In this document: positions 23,060 through 33,654 of the stretch, in pieces
Position numbering within the stretch: position 1 is the first letter of the stretch
How the letters are laid out: every line of letters begins with the position of its first letter
NCBI RefSeq assembly: GCF_056746865.1
Contig: NZ_CM163382.1
Reading direction: 5' to 3' (one strand)
Length of the DNA stretch: 64,000 nucleotides
Translations under genes and position numbers: made by a program
Notes under the pieces: model-generated
The model's input: only the letters and a program-made list of their open reading frames with translations
Databases searched by the model: none
What the model was told of the DNA's origin: nothing

Positions 23060-25153
23060 TCAACTCAACGCCCCCATAATCTTCAACTCCAGCTCATCCG
23101 GCACTTCGTTATACGACAGCACATGCAGACCCGGCGCAAACAACCTTGCATAACGCGCCAGCAAAGGACGCAGCTGCGGCGGCACCAGCAGCACAGGGGC
23201 TTTCCCCGCTGCTTTCATCTGCTCCTTCACCTGCGGCATCGTACTCTGGAACTGGTTGAGCATATTCGGGTCAACCGGCACGCTGTCGAGCATCACTTTG
23301 CCGGCCTGTTGCGCCTGATTCACCACATTGGTCAGCAGATTTTCCAGCTCATTATTCAGCGTATACACCGTCAGCTCCTGTTTGCGAACGAACGGATGGG
23401 TAATGCTGCGCCGCAGCGCCAGGCGCACATCGGCCGCCAGCAGAATATGATCTTTGGTCAATGTGCTACTGGCGACCAGCACAGTGGCGATGGTGACGAT
23501 ATCGCGCAGGGAAACGCCTTCGGTCAGTAATGCACGGTACACTTTCAGCAACTGGCTGTAATTGAGCGCTGCGCTCAAATCTTCCGCCAGTCGCGGTGCC
23601 ATCGACGACAAACGATTATGCAACTGCGTAATATCGTCATAGTTAAATAAATCAGGAATATAGCTGCGCACAATCTTATTCACATGGGTGGCAATCACGC
23701 TGGCGCTGTCGATCACCTGATACCCCATATTCAGCGCCTTCGCTTTCTGCGCGGGCTGGATCCAGGTCACCGGCATCCCGTACGCCGGGTCGTTCCCCAG
23801 CACGCCGTCAATCTCGCCGTAGGTTTCGCTGGAGGGCAGGGCCATCAGTTTATCCGCCGGAATATCCGCTTCATCAGCCTTAATGCCATTGATGAAAATG
23901 GCGTACTGGCTGGGCTTGAGGCGGAAGTTTTCCCGAATACGGATCTCCGGCAGCAGCACGCCGTTGCCGTCGGAAATCACCTGCCGCACGCCGCGAATCC
24001 GCTGGGTGAGCGGGTTACCTTGGGCTTTATCGACTAGCGCCACCAGCTTGTAGCCGAGGCTTAAGCTGATGGGCTCGATCAGCGGAATGGTTTCCCAACT
24101 GACCTGTTGCTCGCTGGTTTCGGTGATGGTTCGGGTCAGCGTTTCGAGGCTTTTCTCCTCCGCCTCCGCCGCCTGCGGGCGTTTGCTCATCCGCCAGCCG
24201 GTAAAGCCAAGCAGGGCGCTGAACAGCAAAAATGGCAGATGCGGCATCCCCGGCACCACCGCCAGCACAAACATGATCCCGGTGGCGGTGTAGAGCACCG
24301 ACGGGCTTGCCAGCAGCTGGTGGCGCACGTCATGGGCGATATCGCCGTTGTCGCTGACGCGGGTGACGATAATTGCCGCTGCGGTGGAGAGCAGCAGGGA
24401 CGGGATCTGCGCCACCAGCCCGTCGCCGATGGTCATCAGCACATACTGCTGGAAGGCGGCGTCGGCGCTCAGGTTGTATTTGAAGATGCCGATACAGACG
24501 CCGCCGATCAGGTTGATCGCCAGAATCATCATCCCGGCGATGGCGTCCCCGCGCACAAACTTCGATGCCCCGTCCATCGCGCCGTAGAAATCGGCCTCGC
24601 TGGCAACATCTTTACGCCGGGTTTGCGCCTGCGCCTGGTTGATCAACCCAGCGTTAAGATCGGCGTCAATCGCCATCTGTTTACCGGGCATCGCGTCTAA
24701 GGTAAAGCGGGCAGAAACCTCGGAAATACGCTCGGCCCCTTTGGTGACGACGATAAAGTTGATGATCATCAGGATGATAAACACCACAAAGCCGACGACA
24801 AAGTTGCCGCCAATCACCACCTGACCAAATGACTCAATTACCTTACCCGCCGCGCCCGCGCCGAGATGCCCGTGCAGCAACACCACGCGCGTAGAAGCAA
24901 CGTTGAGCGTCAGGCGCATTAAGGTGGTGATCAGCAAAATGGTCGGGAACAGGCTGAATTCCAGCGGCCTTTTCGCTGACACCGCCACCAGCAGTACCAT
25001 CACCGCCAGCACAATGTTGAAGGTGAACAGAATATCCAGCAGCGCAGGCGGCAGCGGCAAAATAACCATCGCCAGAATACACAGGATCACCAGCGGCACG
25101 CCGAGATTGCCGCCGCGCAGTAGCGCGAGGAACGATTTAGTTGTTTTCGCCAT
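23060..25153 (-). CDS. lfhA: Flag-2 flagellar export apparatus protein FlhA homolog
   Basis: 697-aa ORF with FlhA N-terminal TM region and C-terminal cytoplasmic domain. Confidence 0.9.
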   Translation of the reverse strand: MAKTTKSFLALLRGGNLGVPLVILCILAMVILPLPPALLDILFTFNIVLAVMVLLVAVSAKRPLEFSLFPTILLITTLMRLTLNVASTRVVLLHGHLGAGAAGKVIESFGQVVIGGNFVVGFVVFIILMIINFIVVTKGAERISEVSARFTLDAMPGKQMAIDADLNAGLINQAQAQTRRKDVASEADFYGAMDGASKFVRGDAIAGMMILAINLIGGVCIGIFKYNLSADAAFQQYVLMTIGDGLVAQIPSLLLSTAAAIIVTRVSDNGDIAHDVRHQLLASPSVLYTATGIMFVLAVVPGMPHLPFLLFSALLGFTGWRMSKRPQAAEAEEKSLETLTRTITETSEQQVSWETIPLIEPISLSLGYKLVALVDKAQGNPLTQRIRGVRQVISDGNGVLLPEIRIRENFRLKPSQYAIFINGIKADEADIPADKLMALPSSETYGEIDGVLGNDPAYGMPVTWIQPAQKAKALNMGYQVIDSASVIATHVNKIVRSYIPDLFNYDDITQLHNRLSSMAPRLAEDLSAALNYSQLLKVYRALLTEGVSLRDIVTIATVLVASSTLTKDHILLAADVRLALRRSITHPFVRKQELTVYTLNNELENLLTNVVNQAQQAGKVMLDSVPVDPNMLNQFQSTMPQVKEQMKAAGKAPVLLVPPQLRPLLARYARLFAPGLHVLSYNEVPDELELKIMGALS

Positions 25154-26276
25154 CCAGTTTAAGCACCTCTTTGGGAATGGAAATATGTCTGTTCAGGGCC
25201 GGGCGCGGCTGTGCACCATCGCGCCAGTGTTTCATTTGCAGGACGTAGGTCAGAACGTGGGCGATAGCCCGGTAAAGCTGAAAAGGAATTTGCTGATTCA
25301 CCTGAGTGGTGTAGTAAACCGAGCGCGCCAGCCGCGGGAACTCGACCACTTCCACCTGACTTTCAGCAGCGACCTGGCGAATATAGAGGGCGATTTCATC
25401 GGTGCCTTTCGCCACCACAAACGGCGCGGCGGCACGCGACTGGTCATACTGCAACGCCACGGCGTAGTGGGTCGGGTTGGTGATCACCACGTTGGCCTTT
25501 GGCACCACTTTGCGAATTTGCCCCATCGCCAGTTGCCGTTGCAGCCGCCGCACGCGCGCCTTCACTTCCGGCTTGCCTTCCTGATTTTTGTACTCTTCTT
25601 TCAGTTCTTGTTTGGTCATCTTCAGCCCTTTGGTGAACAGGGCTTTCGCCAGCGGCACGTCGAGAAGCGCAAAGAAAATAAACAGGATGACAAAGTTGCG
25701 CATCACGCTGGCGTAGAGCGACAAACCGTCATTCATCGCCAGTTTGAACGGCAGCGCCTGCAGGCCGAGAAAGGCGGCAAAGTTATTGCGCAGGCTTACC
25801 CACAGCATCACCAGCACCACGGCAGACTTCACCGTCATCTTTCCCGTTTCCGCCAGATGTTCACTGGAAAACAGCCGCCTAATCCCTTTTAACGGACTGA
25901 TTTTGCTGAAATCCGGGAGGATTTTTTTCGGCAGAAACAGCCAGCCGCCGGGCACCAGTGAGGAGAGCAGCGCGGCGGCGGGCATTGGCAGCAAGGTAAG
26001 AATAAACTTGCCGAGAATTAACAGGTGATGGCGCAGAAACTGGCCGATAGCGTCCGGGTTATTAATCTCCTGCGCGTACTGATGCACGCTGATAAAACTC
26101 TCGCGCACAAAATCGGCATACCACGGGAAGCTGCTGGAGATCACCACAAACGCCGCAAACAGGCTCGCCGCCAGCCCCATATCCTTCGAGCGCGGCAGTT
26201 GCCCCTCTTCACGCGCTTTACGCAGCTTTTGCGCCGAGGGTTTCTCTGTTTTTTCTTCGCTGCTGCTATCCGCCAT
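25137..26276 (-). CDS. lfhB: Flag-2 export apparatus protein FlhB homolog
   Basis: 379-aa ORF with FlhB features, including the NPTH autocleavage site. Confidence 0.9.
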   Translation of the reverse strand: MADSSSEEKTEKPSAQKLRKAREEGQLPRSKDMGLAASLFAAFVVISSSFPWYADFVRESFISVHQYAQEINNPDAIGQFLRHHLLILGKFILTLLPMPAAALLSSLVPGGWLFLPKKILPDFSKISPLKGIRRLFSSEHLAETGKMTVKSAVVLVMLWVSLRNNFAAFLGLQALPFKLAMNDGLSLYASVMRNFVILFIFFALLDVPLAKALFTKGLKMTKQELKEEYKNQEGKPEVKARVRRLQRQLAMGQIRKVVPKANVVITNPTHYAVALQYDQSRAAAPFVVAKGTDEIALYIRQVAAESQVEVVEFPRLARSVYYTTQVNQQIPFQLYRAIAHVLTYVLQMKHWRDGAQPRPALNRHISIPKEVLKLDGENN

Positions 26277-27048
26277 AGTGACCTTTCAGCGCGTCGAGTT
26301 GTTGCAGGACAAAATTCGCCAGATGCAGATAGTGATCCGGCAGGTTGTAAAGCAGGGTGGCAAAGCAGACCAGCCCCACCAGCATGTTGATGGGAAAGCC
26401 GAGCGAAAAGAGGTTCAGCGGCGGCGCAATGCGGTTAAGCAGGCCAAAGCAGCCCTGCACAATCAGCATGATAAAAGTGGTCGGCAGCGCCAGCAGCGAT
26501 GCGGACGCCAGCACCCAGCTAAAGGCCAGCGCGATGGTGCGCAGGGTTTGCGGATGCAGCGCGTTGCCGATCGGCCAGTAGGTGAAGCCCTTATACAAAA
26601 CGCTCACCAGCAGCAGATGCCCGTCCATGGCAAAAAATAGCAGGATCGCATAGACGTTAATTAACTCCGCCAGCACGGTGGTCGATGCGCCGCTGCTCGG
26701 GTCGTTCATCACCGCCATGCTCATCCCCATATTGAACGAGAGAATTTGCCCGGCGAGTTGTAGCGCGAGAAACAGAAACTGAAACATCAGCCCGAACAAC
26801 ATGCCCCATAAAATTTGCTCCACCGTCAGGATCAGGCTGTTGAGCGATAGCAAATCATGGGGAATGGGATGGGGGATCAACGGCGTGATGATGATCGCCA
26901 GCGCCAGCGACAAAATAATCCTCACACGAACGGTCAGGGCGCTGTTATCCAGCACCGGCACATAGCGCAGAAACGCCATAATGCGCACGAAGGGGAACCA
27001 CAGCCCCAGCGCCAGATCCATCAGTTGCGTAACGTCGCTTGTGCGCAT
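26266..27048 (-). CDS. lfiR: Flag-2 export apparatus protein FliR homolog
   Basis: Polytopic membrane ORF; start taken at MRTSDVTQLMDLALGLWFPF just after the fliQ stop. Confidence 0.8.
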   Translation of the reverse strand: MRTSDVTQLMDLALGLWFPFVRIMAFLRYVPVLDNSALTVRVRIILSLALAIIITPLIPHPIPHDLLSLNSLILTVEQILWGMLFGLMFQFLFLALQLAGQILSFNMGMSMAVMNDPSSGASTTVLAELINVYAILLFFAMDGHLLLVSVLYKGFTYWPIGNALHPQTLRTIALAFSWVLASASLLALPTTFIMLIVQGCFGLLNRIAPPLNLFSLGFPINMLVGLVCFATLLYNLPDHYLHLANFVLQQLDALKGHYGG

Positions 27049-27049
27049 C

Positions 27050-27322
27050 TTAATGCACCAGCAGGGCGGCCTGGGTAAACAGGTGAATGCAGAGATCATG
27101 CAACTGGATAATCATCCATTTGCCGCACACGCCCAGCACCACCAGCGTGACAATCAGCCTTGGCAAAAAGCTCAGGGTCTGTTCATTAATCTGCGTCACC
27201 GCCTGGAACACGCTCACCAGCAGGCCGACCAGCAGGCTTGGCACCACCAGTACCGAAACCAGCAAAATCACTACTTTAATGCCGCTGGCGACAATGTCGG
27301 CGGCTACGTCTACGGTCAACAT
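27050..27322 (-). CDS. lfiQ: Flag-2 export apparatus protein FliQ homolog
   Basis: 90-aa two-TM ORF MLTVDVAADIVASGIKVV…. Confidence 0.85.
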   Translation of the reverse strand: MLTVDVAADIVASGIKVVILLVSVLVVPSLLVGLLVSVFQAVTQINEQTLSFLPRLIVTLVVLGVCGKWMIIQLHDLCIHLFTQAALLVH

Positions 27323-27324
27323 AA

Positions 27325-28077
27325 TCAGCCCAGCCCCAGCCCGCGAATGCTGGTGGTGAGCGTACCGATGGTCAGCGACCAGCCGTCGATCAGCACAAAC
27401 AGCATCAGCTTAAAGGGCAGCGAAACGATCAGCGGCGACAGCATCATCATCCCCATCGCCATCAATACGCTGGCGACAATCAGGTCGATAACCAGAAACG
27501 GGATGTAAATCATAAAGCCAATCTGGAAAGCGGTTTTCAGCTCGCTCAACACATAGGCGGGCACCACAATCGAGAGATCCTGATCGGCAGCATTGCCCTT
27601 TGCGCCGCCGATGGTCATGATTTGCGCCATCGCTTTTTTGTCGGTCTGCGCCAGCATAAAGCGTTTCAGCGGCGTCGCGGCGGTGCTTAACGCATCGGTC
27701 AGGGTTATCTGATCGTTTTCAAACGGCACCACCGCGTGGTCGTAAATATTGAGCCAGACAGGGCGCATCACCAGCATGGTGAGGGAGAGCGCAATACCAA
27801 TCAGAATGCGGTTTGGCGGCGTTTGTTGCAGCCCCAGCGCCTGGCGCAGCAGCGACAGCACGATAATAAAGCGCGTAAAGCAGGTCATCATCAGCACCAT
27901 CGTCGGCAGCAAACCGACGAGGGTCATCAGAATCAGCACCTGGATTTTGACGCTGTACTCCTGAGTGTTGCCGTGGGTGACCACGTTAAGCAGCGCAATA
28001 TCGCCCCCCTGGGCCAACGCCACCGGCGCAAGCGCCAGCAGCCCAAGGCCCAGCGTCAGTTGAGTGCGGCGTTTCAT
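27325..28077 (-). CDS. lfiP: Flag-2 export apparatus protein FliP homolog
   Basis: 250-aa ORF with signal peptide and FliP-like TM core. Confidence 0.9.
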   Translation of the reverse strand: MKRRTQLTLGLGLLALAPVALAQGGDIALLNVVTHGNTQEYSVKIQVLILMTLVGLLPTMVLMMTCFTRFIIVLSLLRQALGLQQTPPNRILIGIALSLTMLVMRPVWLNIYDHAVVPFENDQITLTDALSTAATPLKRFMLAQTDKKAMAQIMTIGGAKGNAADQDLSIVVPAYVLSELKTAFQIGFMIYIPFLVIDLIVASVLMAMGMMMLSPLIVSLPFKLMLFVLIDGWSLTIGTLTTSIRGLGLG

Positions 28078-28445
28078 GGTGCCAGGTCGTTGATATCGCG
28101 GGTGTTAAACTCCAGCACGCGCAGGCCGTACTTCTCGTTGACCACCACCACTTCTGCTTTGCCCAGCAGGATATTGTTCACTTTAATATCCAGCGGCTCC
28201 CCGGCGAGTTTATCCAGCTCAATCACCGTGTCGTCGTCGATGTTTAGCAGGTCGGCTAACATAATTTCCACCGACGACACTTCCAGCGTTAAGGTCACCG
28301 GAATGCGTTTCAACAGCGTCATCGAGTCGGAAAAGCGGTCTTCCAGGCGGGTGACCAGCGTTTCAGCGTCGGCGGATTTCGCGACAGGCGCAACTTCATC
28401 GGTGAGGCCAAAATCCCCGGCTAAAATATCTTCTTGCTTACTCAT
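28074..28445 (-). CDS. lfiN: Flag-2 C-ring protein FliN homolog
   Basis: Start MSKQEDILAGDF… overlapping the fliM stop; C-terminal SpoA-type domain. Confidence 0.8.
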   Translation of the reverse strand: MSKQEDILAGDFGLTDEVAPVAKSADAETLVTRLEDRFSDSMTLLKRIPVTLTLEVSSVEIMLADLLNIDDDTVIELDKLAGEPLDIKVNNILLGKAEVVVVNEKYGLRVLEFNTRDINDLAP

Positions 28446-29289
28446 GGCTATTCTCATTTTTGCCCGCCAGCTCCGACAAAAACAGTTTGTCTTTGTCTTC
28501 CACAATCAGGGCGCTAAATAATTCAGATTGCCCAATCGCCACCGGGAACGTTTCTCCCAGCGAGATGGGTAAAATATCCCCGGCTTTTATCTGCGTGAGA
28601 TCCGCGACATTCAGCGACAGCTCGGCGATTTTGACGTTCAGGGTCAGCGGCAGGGAGCGGATGATTTCTTTAATCAGGGCCGGTTTATTAACGGATTTCG
28701 CCACCTGCTGCGGTTTACTGTGCTCGCTGTGGCGGATCAGATTCAAAATAAAATCGGTGTGGGCGTCGTCGAGCAAAATACGAAAACTGCTCTCTTCATC
28801 GTCCGCAAGGGTAAAGGTTAATTGATACGCCCAGTGGGTAATCACCGTGCTGCTGTCCAGTTTTAATTTCAGCGCAATACCGGAGGTTTGCAGATTAAAT
28901 ATCAGCGTGCAGATATCCAGCGCCAGACGGTTTTTTAAACGCGTTTCGGTTTTGGTCGGCAACCCGTTATGGGCTTTCGCCTCTTCAAGAGACGACTCCA
29001 GACCATAAAAATTGCCCAGCAGCATTAACAATAAGGAGCGATCAATATCAAACGCCAGATGCCCGACCTGGGAAACCATCAGTTCGGCGTTTTTATTAAT
29101 AATATCCATTTCGCAGCCAATCTTTTTTAAGGTGATATTGCTGCGATGCTTTTTGAGAAAGTAGCTGCCAAGATGCGAATCAATCACGTCAAAATTCCCC
29201 GTAAACAGGGTCGGCAGGCGATGGTAGGGGCGTCCGAGCCGATTACCTTCTAATTTAAAGATGCCTGGCGTTTTACTGTACTTCAGCAT
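28438..29289 (-). CDS. lfiM: Flag-2 C-ring protein FliM homolog
   Basis: 283-aa ORF; position and FliM-like content. Confidence 0.8.
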   Translation of the reverse strand: MLKYSKTPGIFKLEGNRLGRPYHRLPTLFTGNFDVIDSHLGSYFLKKHRSNITLKKIGCEMDIINKNAELMVSQVGHLAFDIDRSLLLMLLGNFYGLESSLEEAKAHNGLPTKTETRLKNRLALDICTLIFNLQTSGIALKLKLDSSTVITHWAYQLTFTLADDEESSFRILLDDAHTDFILNLIRHSEHSKPQQVAKSVNKPALIKEIIRSLPLTLNVKIAELSLNVADLTQIKAGDILPISLGETFPVAIGQSELFSALIVEDKDKLFLSELAGKNENSHE

Positions 29290-29440
29290 GGCTTACTTTC
29301 TCTGCTGTAATGGTATGGGTGTTTCTGTGCACGCAAATCCGGCTGTGACACAAGGTGAGGTATTAAATAGAGGGGGAGTGAAAGGGGCAAATTATTAATA
29401 GGGTGAAGATATAATTAAATTATTAATGGGTGATATATCA

Positions 29441-29552
<112 letters not shown>

Positions 29553-29676
29553 GCATGTAACTGGTTGTTTAATAACAATTAATATTTTTATTATCGTTTA
29601 ATTCGAACTTGTTAATCCCGCCGGTGATACGCTTCAGAACATCCTGATTAATGTCGCTACTTATATCGTTCACCCT

Positions 29677-30657
29677 ATGTCTGAACTTATTGCAACTGCC
29701 GCTTCCAGCATTAACGCTTTTACTCTGGCAAAGCGTGTCGCCGCATTTAACGTGCCGGTGCTCATTCAGGGCGAAACCGGTGCGGGCAAAGAGTGCGTGG
29801 CGAAATATATTCACTCCGTAGCCTTTGGTGAAAACGCGCCCTATATCGGCGTGAACTGCGCGGCGATCCCGGAAAATATGCTGGAAGCGACCTTATTTGG
29901 CTACGACAAAGGCGCATTTACCGGCGCAATTGCCAGCGTACCAGGCAAAATGGAACTGGCGAATAACGGCACCTTATTGCTCGATGAAATTGGCGATATG
30001 CCGCTGGCGCTACAGGCCAAAATATTACGCGTATTGCAGGAACAGCAGGTTGAGCGATTAGGCAGTAACCGACAAATTAAACTCAATTTTCGCCTGATTG
30101 CCTGCACCAATAAAAACCTTGAGCAGGAAGTCGCCGCCGGGCGTTTTCGTGAAGATCTCTATTATCGTCTGGCGGTTATTCCTATTACCATGCCGCCGCT
30201 GCGTGAACGCCTGAACGATATTATCCCGCTGGCAGAGTCATTTATTAAAAAATACTCCACAGTGCTGGTGAAAAATATCACCCTTTCAGAATCTACTCGC
30301 CGGGCGCTGCTCAATTACCGCTGGCCCGGCAACGTGCGCCAGCTGGAGAACGCCATTCAGCGTGGAATGATTTTAAATCGCGACGGCGTGATTTTCCCGG
30401 ATGCCTTAGGCCTGCCGGAAATAGACGTTGCCGATCACAGTGAACTGCAATGGCCTGTTCAGCCCTCCGTATCTGTTGCGGAAACCAGCGATTTAGGCCA
30501 GGCCGGACGTAGCGCCCAGTATCAATATATCGCCGACCTGATGCGTAAATATCAGGGCAACCGCAGCAAAATTGCCGACCTGTTAGGCATTACCCCGCGC
30601 GCACTGCGCTATCGACTGGCCTCCATGCGCAAGCAAGGTATCGAAGTTTTCTCCTGA
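29677..30657 (+). CDS. lafK: Sigma-54-dependent transcriptional activator LafK (AAA+ plus HTH, no receiver domain)
   Basis: 326-aa ORF beginning in the sigma-54 interaction domain (Walker A GETGAGKE, GAFTGA) with a C-terminal Fis-type HTH. Confidence 0.85.
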   Translation: MSELIATAASSINAFTLAKRVAAFNVPVLIQGETGAGKECVAKYIHSVAFGENAPYIGVNCAAIPENMLEATLFGYDKGAFTGAIASVPGKMELANNGTLLLDEIGDMPLALQAKILRVLQEQQVERLGSNRQIKLNFRLIACTNKNLEQEVAAGRFREDLYYRLAVIPITMPPLRERLNDIIPLAESFIKKYSTVLVKNITLSESTRRALLNYRWPGNVRQLENAIQRGMILNRDGVIFPDALGLPEIDVADHSELQWPVQPSVSVAETSDLGQAGRSAQYQYIADLMRKYQGNRSKIADLLGITPRALRYRLASMRKQGIEVFS

Positions 30658-30671
30658 CCCGGAAGTTAAAA

Positions 30672-31013
30672 ATGAGCATTACCACAATCAACAGCACCAT
30701 GCAGGCGCAAATCATGCAGGACGTGCAGCGGATGCAGGCCAACGCCCAGGCACCGGTGCTGCCCGCCATGACCTTCAGTTCCACCGACCCGGACGTTTCG
30801 TTTAACCGCATTATGTCCGGCGCGCTCGGTCACGTTGACCAGTTCCAGCAGGTGGCGGAGCAGCAGCAAACAGCTATCGACACGGGCAAAAGTGATGATT
30901 TAGCAGGTGCGATGATCGCCAGCCAGCAGGCGTCGCTCTCTTTCTCCGCGCTGGTGCAGGTGCGCAACAAAATCGCCACCGGATTTAACGATCTGATGAG
31001 TATGTCGATCTAA
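30672..31013 (+). CDS. lfiE: Flagellar hook–basal body protein FliE homolog
   Basis: 113-aa ORF; FliE-like size and position before fliF. Confidence 0.8.
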   Translation: MSITTINSTMQAQIMQDVQRMQANAQAPVLPAMTFSSTDPDVSFNRIMSGALGHVDQFQQVAEQQQTAIDTGKSDDLAGAMIASQQASLSFSALVQVRNKIATGFNDLMSMSI

Positions 31014-31017
31014 CCCT

Positions 31018-32664
31018 ATGAATGCACAAATAAAGAAGTTAACCCAGGCGTTTCCGGCGTTTCGACTGCGTCTTGCAGATAACAAACGCTGGGCATTGAT
31101 GGCGGGAGTGGGGCTTGCCGTTGCGGCGACGGCGATTATCGTTAGTGTGCTGTGGACCGGTAATCGCGGCTACGTCTCGCTCTACGGACGCCAGGAAAAT
31201 CTGCCCGTGTCGCAGATTGTCACCGTGCTGGACGGTGAAAAGCTCAGCTACCGCATTGACCCGCAGAGCGGGCAAATTCTGGTGCCGGAAGACGCGTTGT
31301 CGAAAACGCGCATGACCCTTGCCGCCAAAGGTGTGCAGGCGATATTGCCCAGCGGCTACGAGCTGATGGACAAAGACGAAGTGCTCGGCAGCAGCCAGTT
31401 CGTGCAGAACGTGCGCTACAAACGCAGCCTCGAAGGGGAGCTGGCGCAGAGCATTATGTCGCTGGACGCGGTGGAGAGCGCACGGGTGCATCTGGCGCTC
31501 AACGAAGAAAGCTCGTTTGTGGTCAGCGATGAGCCACAAAACAGCGCCTCGGTAGTGGTGCGCCTGCACTATGGCGCGAAGCTGAATATGGACCAGGTCA
31601 ACGCCATTATGCATCTGGTGTCCGGCAGTATTCCGGGGCTACAGGCCAGCAAAGTCAGCGTCGTCGATCAGGCGGGAAATCTGCTGACCGACGGCATTGG
31701 CGCAGGCGAGGCGGTTTCTGCCGCAACCCGTAAACGCGATCAGATCCTCAAAGATATTCAGGACAAAACCCGCGCCAGCGTGGCGAACGTGCTGGATTCG
31801 CTGGTTGGTACGGGGAATTACCGCGTCAGCGTGATGCCGGATCTCGACCTCAGTACCATCGACGAAACCCAGGAACACTACGGCGACGCGCCGAAAATCA
31901 ACCGCGAAGAGAGCGTGCTGGACAGCGACACCAATCAGGTGGCGATGGGCGTGCCCGGTTCACTCAGCAACCGTCCGCCAGTTGCGGCGAATCAGATGAC
32001 CAACGGTACGGAAGAAAACCGCTCACCGGAAGCGTTATCCAAACACAGCGAAAGCAAGCGCGATTACTCTTACGACCGCAGCGTCCAGCATATTCAGCAT
32101 CCTGGTTTTGCGGTGAAACGCCTCAACGTGGCGGTGGTGCTCAATCAAAACGCCCCGGCGCTGAAAAACTGGAAGCCGGAGCAGACTGCGCAACTGACCG
32201 CGTTGCTGAACAATGCCGCCGGGATCGACGTCCAGCGCGGTGACAATCTCACCTTATCGCTGCTTAACTTTGTCCCGCAGGCGGTGCCGGTCGAACCAAT
32301 TATTCCGCTGTGGAAAGATGACAGCGTGCTGGCCTGGGTACGCCTGATTGGCTGCGGCCTGCTGGCGCTGTTGTTGCTGTTCTTTGTGGTGCGCCCGGTA
32401 ATGAAACGCCTGACGGCGGTGCGTGCGCCGGTTATCACACCAGAACCGGAAGCTGTCAGCGAACCGTGGATTGCCATGCCGGAAGAGGAGCGCAAAAACG
32501 TCGACCTGCCGTCGCTGCCCGGCGATGACAGCCTGCCGTCCCAGAGTTCCGGCCTCGAAGTAAAACTCGAGTTCCTGCAAAAACTGGCCATGAGCGACAC
32601 CGATCGCGTAGCCGAAGTTCTCAGACAATGGATCACCAGCAATGAGCGAATTGACAACAAATAA
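31018..32664 (+). CDS. lfiF: Flagellar MS-ring protein FliF homolog
   Basis: 548-aa ORF with N-terminal TM and FliF-like content. Confidence 0.9.
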   Translation: MNAQIKKLTQAFPAFRLRLADNKRWALMAGVGLAVAATAIIVSVLWTGNRGYVSLYGRQENLPVSQIVTVLDGEKLSYRIDPQSGQILVPEDALSKTRMTLAAKGVQAILPSGYELMDKDEVLGSSQFVQNVRYKRSLEGELAQSIMSLDAVESARVHLALNEESSFVVSDEPQNSASVVVRLHYGAKLNMDQVNAIMHLVSGSIPGLQASKVSVVDQAGNLLTDGIGAGEAVSAATRKRDQILKDIQDKTRASVANVLDSLVGTGNYRVSVMPDLDLSTIDETQEHYGDAPKINREESVLDSDTNQVAMGVPGSLSNRPPVAANQMTNGTEENRSPEALSKHSESKRDYSYDRSVQHIQHPGFAVKRLNVAVVLNQNAPALKNWKPEQTAQLTALLNNAAGIDVQRGDNLTLSLLNFVPQAVPVEPIIPLWKDDSVLAWVRLIGCGLLALLLLFFVVRPVMKRLTAVRAPVITPEPEAVSEPWIAMPEEERKNVDLPSLPGDDSLPSQSSGLEVKLEFLQKLAMSDTDRVAEVLRQWITSNERIDNK

Positions 32665-33652
32665 GAGCAACAGCTACCTGGAACAGGCGGCGATCCTGCT
32701 ACTGTGCCTTGGCGAAGAAGCGGCGGCGACGGTGATGCAAAAACTCAGCCGCGAAGAAGTGGTGCGCCTGAGCGAAAACATGGCGCGGCTTTCCGGTGTC
32801 AAAACCAGCATGGCGCGTAAAGTAATCAACAACTTCTTTGATGAATTCCGCGAACAGAGCGGCATCAACGGCGCATCGCGATCCATGTTGCAGGGGATCC
32901 TCAACAAAGCCCTCGGCACCGAGATCGCCAGCAGCGTGATCAACGGCATCTACGGCGATGAGATCCGCTCGCGGATGGCGCGACTGCAATGGGTGGAACC
33001 ACGCCAGCTGGCGATGCTGATCTCCGAAGAGCATCTGCAATTGCAGGCGGTATTCCTCGCGTTTCTGACGCCGGAAATCTCGGCGGCGGTGCTATCGTAT
33101 CTCAACGAATCGGTGCAAAACGAAATTCTCTACCGGGTGGCGAAACTCAACGACGTTAACCGCGACGTGGTGGATGAGCTGGATCGCCTGATCGAACGCG
33201 GCCTGTCGGTGCTCTCTGAACATGGCTCGAAGGTGAAAGGCATCAAACAGGCGGCGGATATCGTCAACCGCTTCCAGGGTAACCAGCAGGTGATCCTCGA
33301 CCAGATGCGCGAGCGCGACGAGGACGTGCTGGAGCAGCTCCAGGATGAGATGTACGACTTCTTTATCCTCAGCCGCCAGAACGAAGAGGTGCGTCGACGT
33401 CTGCTCGACGAAGTGCCGATGGAAGACTGGGCGGTGGCGCTGAAAGGCACCGAAGCCCTGTTGCGCCGCTCGATTTACGCGGTAATGCCAAAACGGCAGG
33501 CGCAGCAACTGGAAGCCATCACCGCGCGCCTGGGGCCGGTGCCGGTCAGCCGTATCGAACAGATCCGCCGCGAAATCATGGGCATTGCCCGTGAACTGGA
33601 AGAGGCGGGCGAAATTCAGCTACAGCTCTTTGCGGAACAGACGGCGGAGTAA
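32642..33652 (+). CDS. lfiG: Flagellar motor switch protein FliG homolog
   Basis: 336-aa ORF with FliG-like content. Confidence 0.9.
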   Translation: MSELTTNKSNSYLEQAAILLLCLGEEAAATVMQKLSREEVVRLSENMARLSGVKTSMARKVINNFFDEFREQSGINGASRSMLQGILNKALGTEIASSVINGIYGDEIRSRMARLQWVEPRQLAMLISEEHLQLQAVFLAFLTPEISAAVLSYLNESVQNEILYRVAKLNDVNRDVVDELDRLIERGLSVLSEHGSKVKGIKQAADIVNRFQGNQQVILDQMRERDEDVLEQLQDEMYDFFILSRQNEEVRRRLLDEVPMEDWAVALKGTEALLRRSIYAVMPKRQAQQLEAITARLGPVPVSRIEQIRREIMGIARELEEAGEIQLQLFAEQTAE

Positions 33653-33654
33653 CC

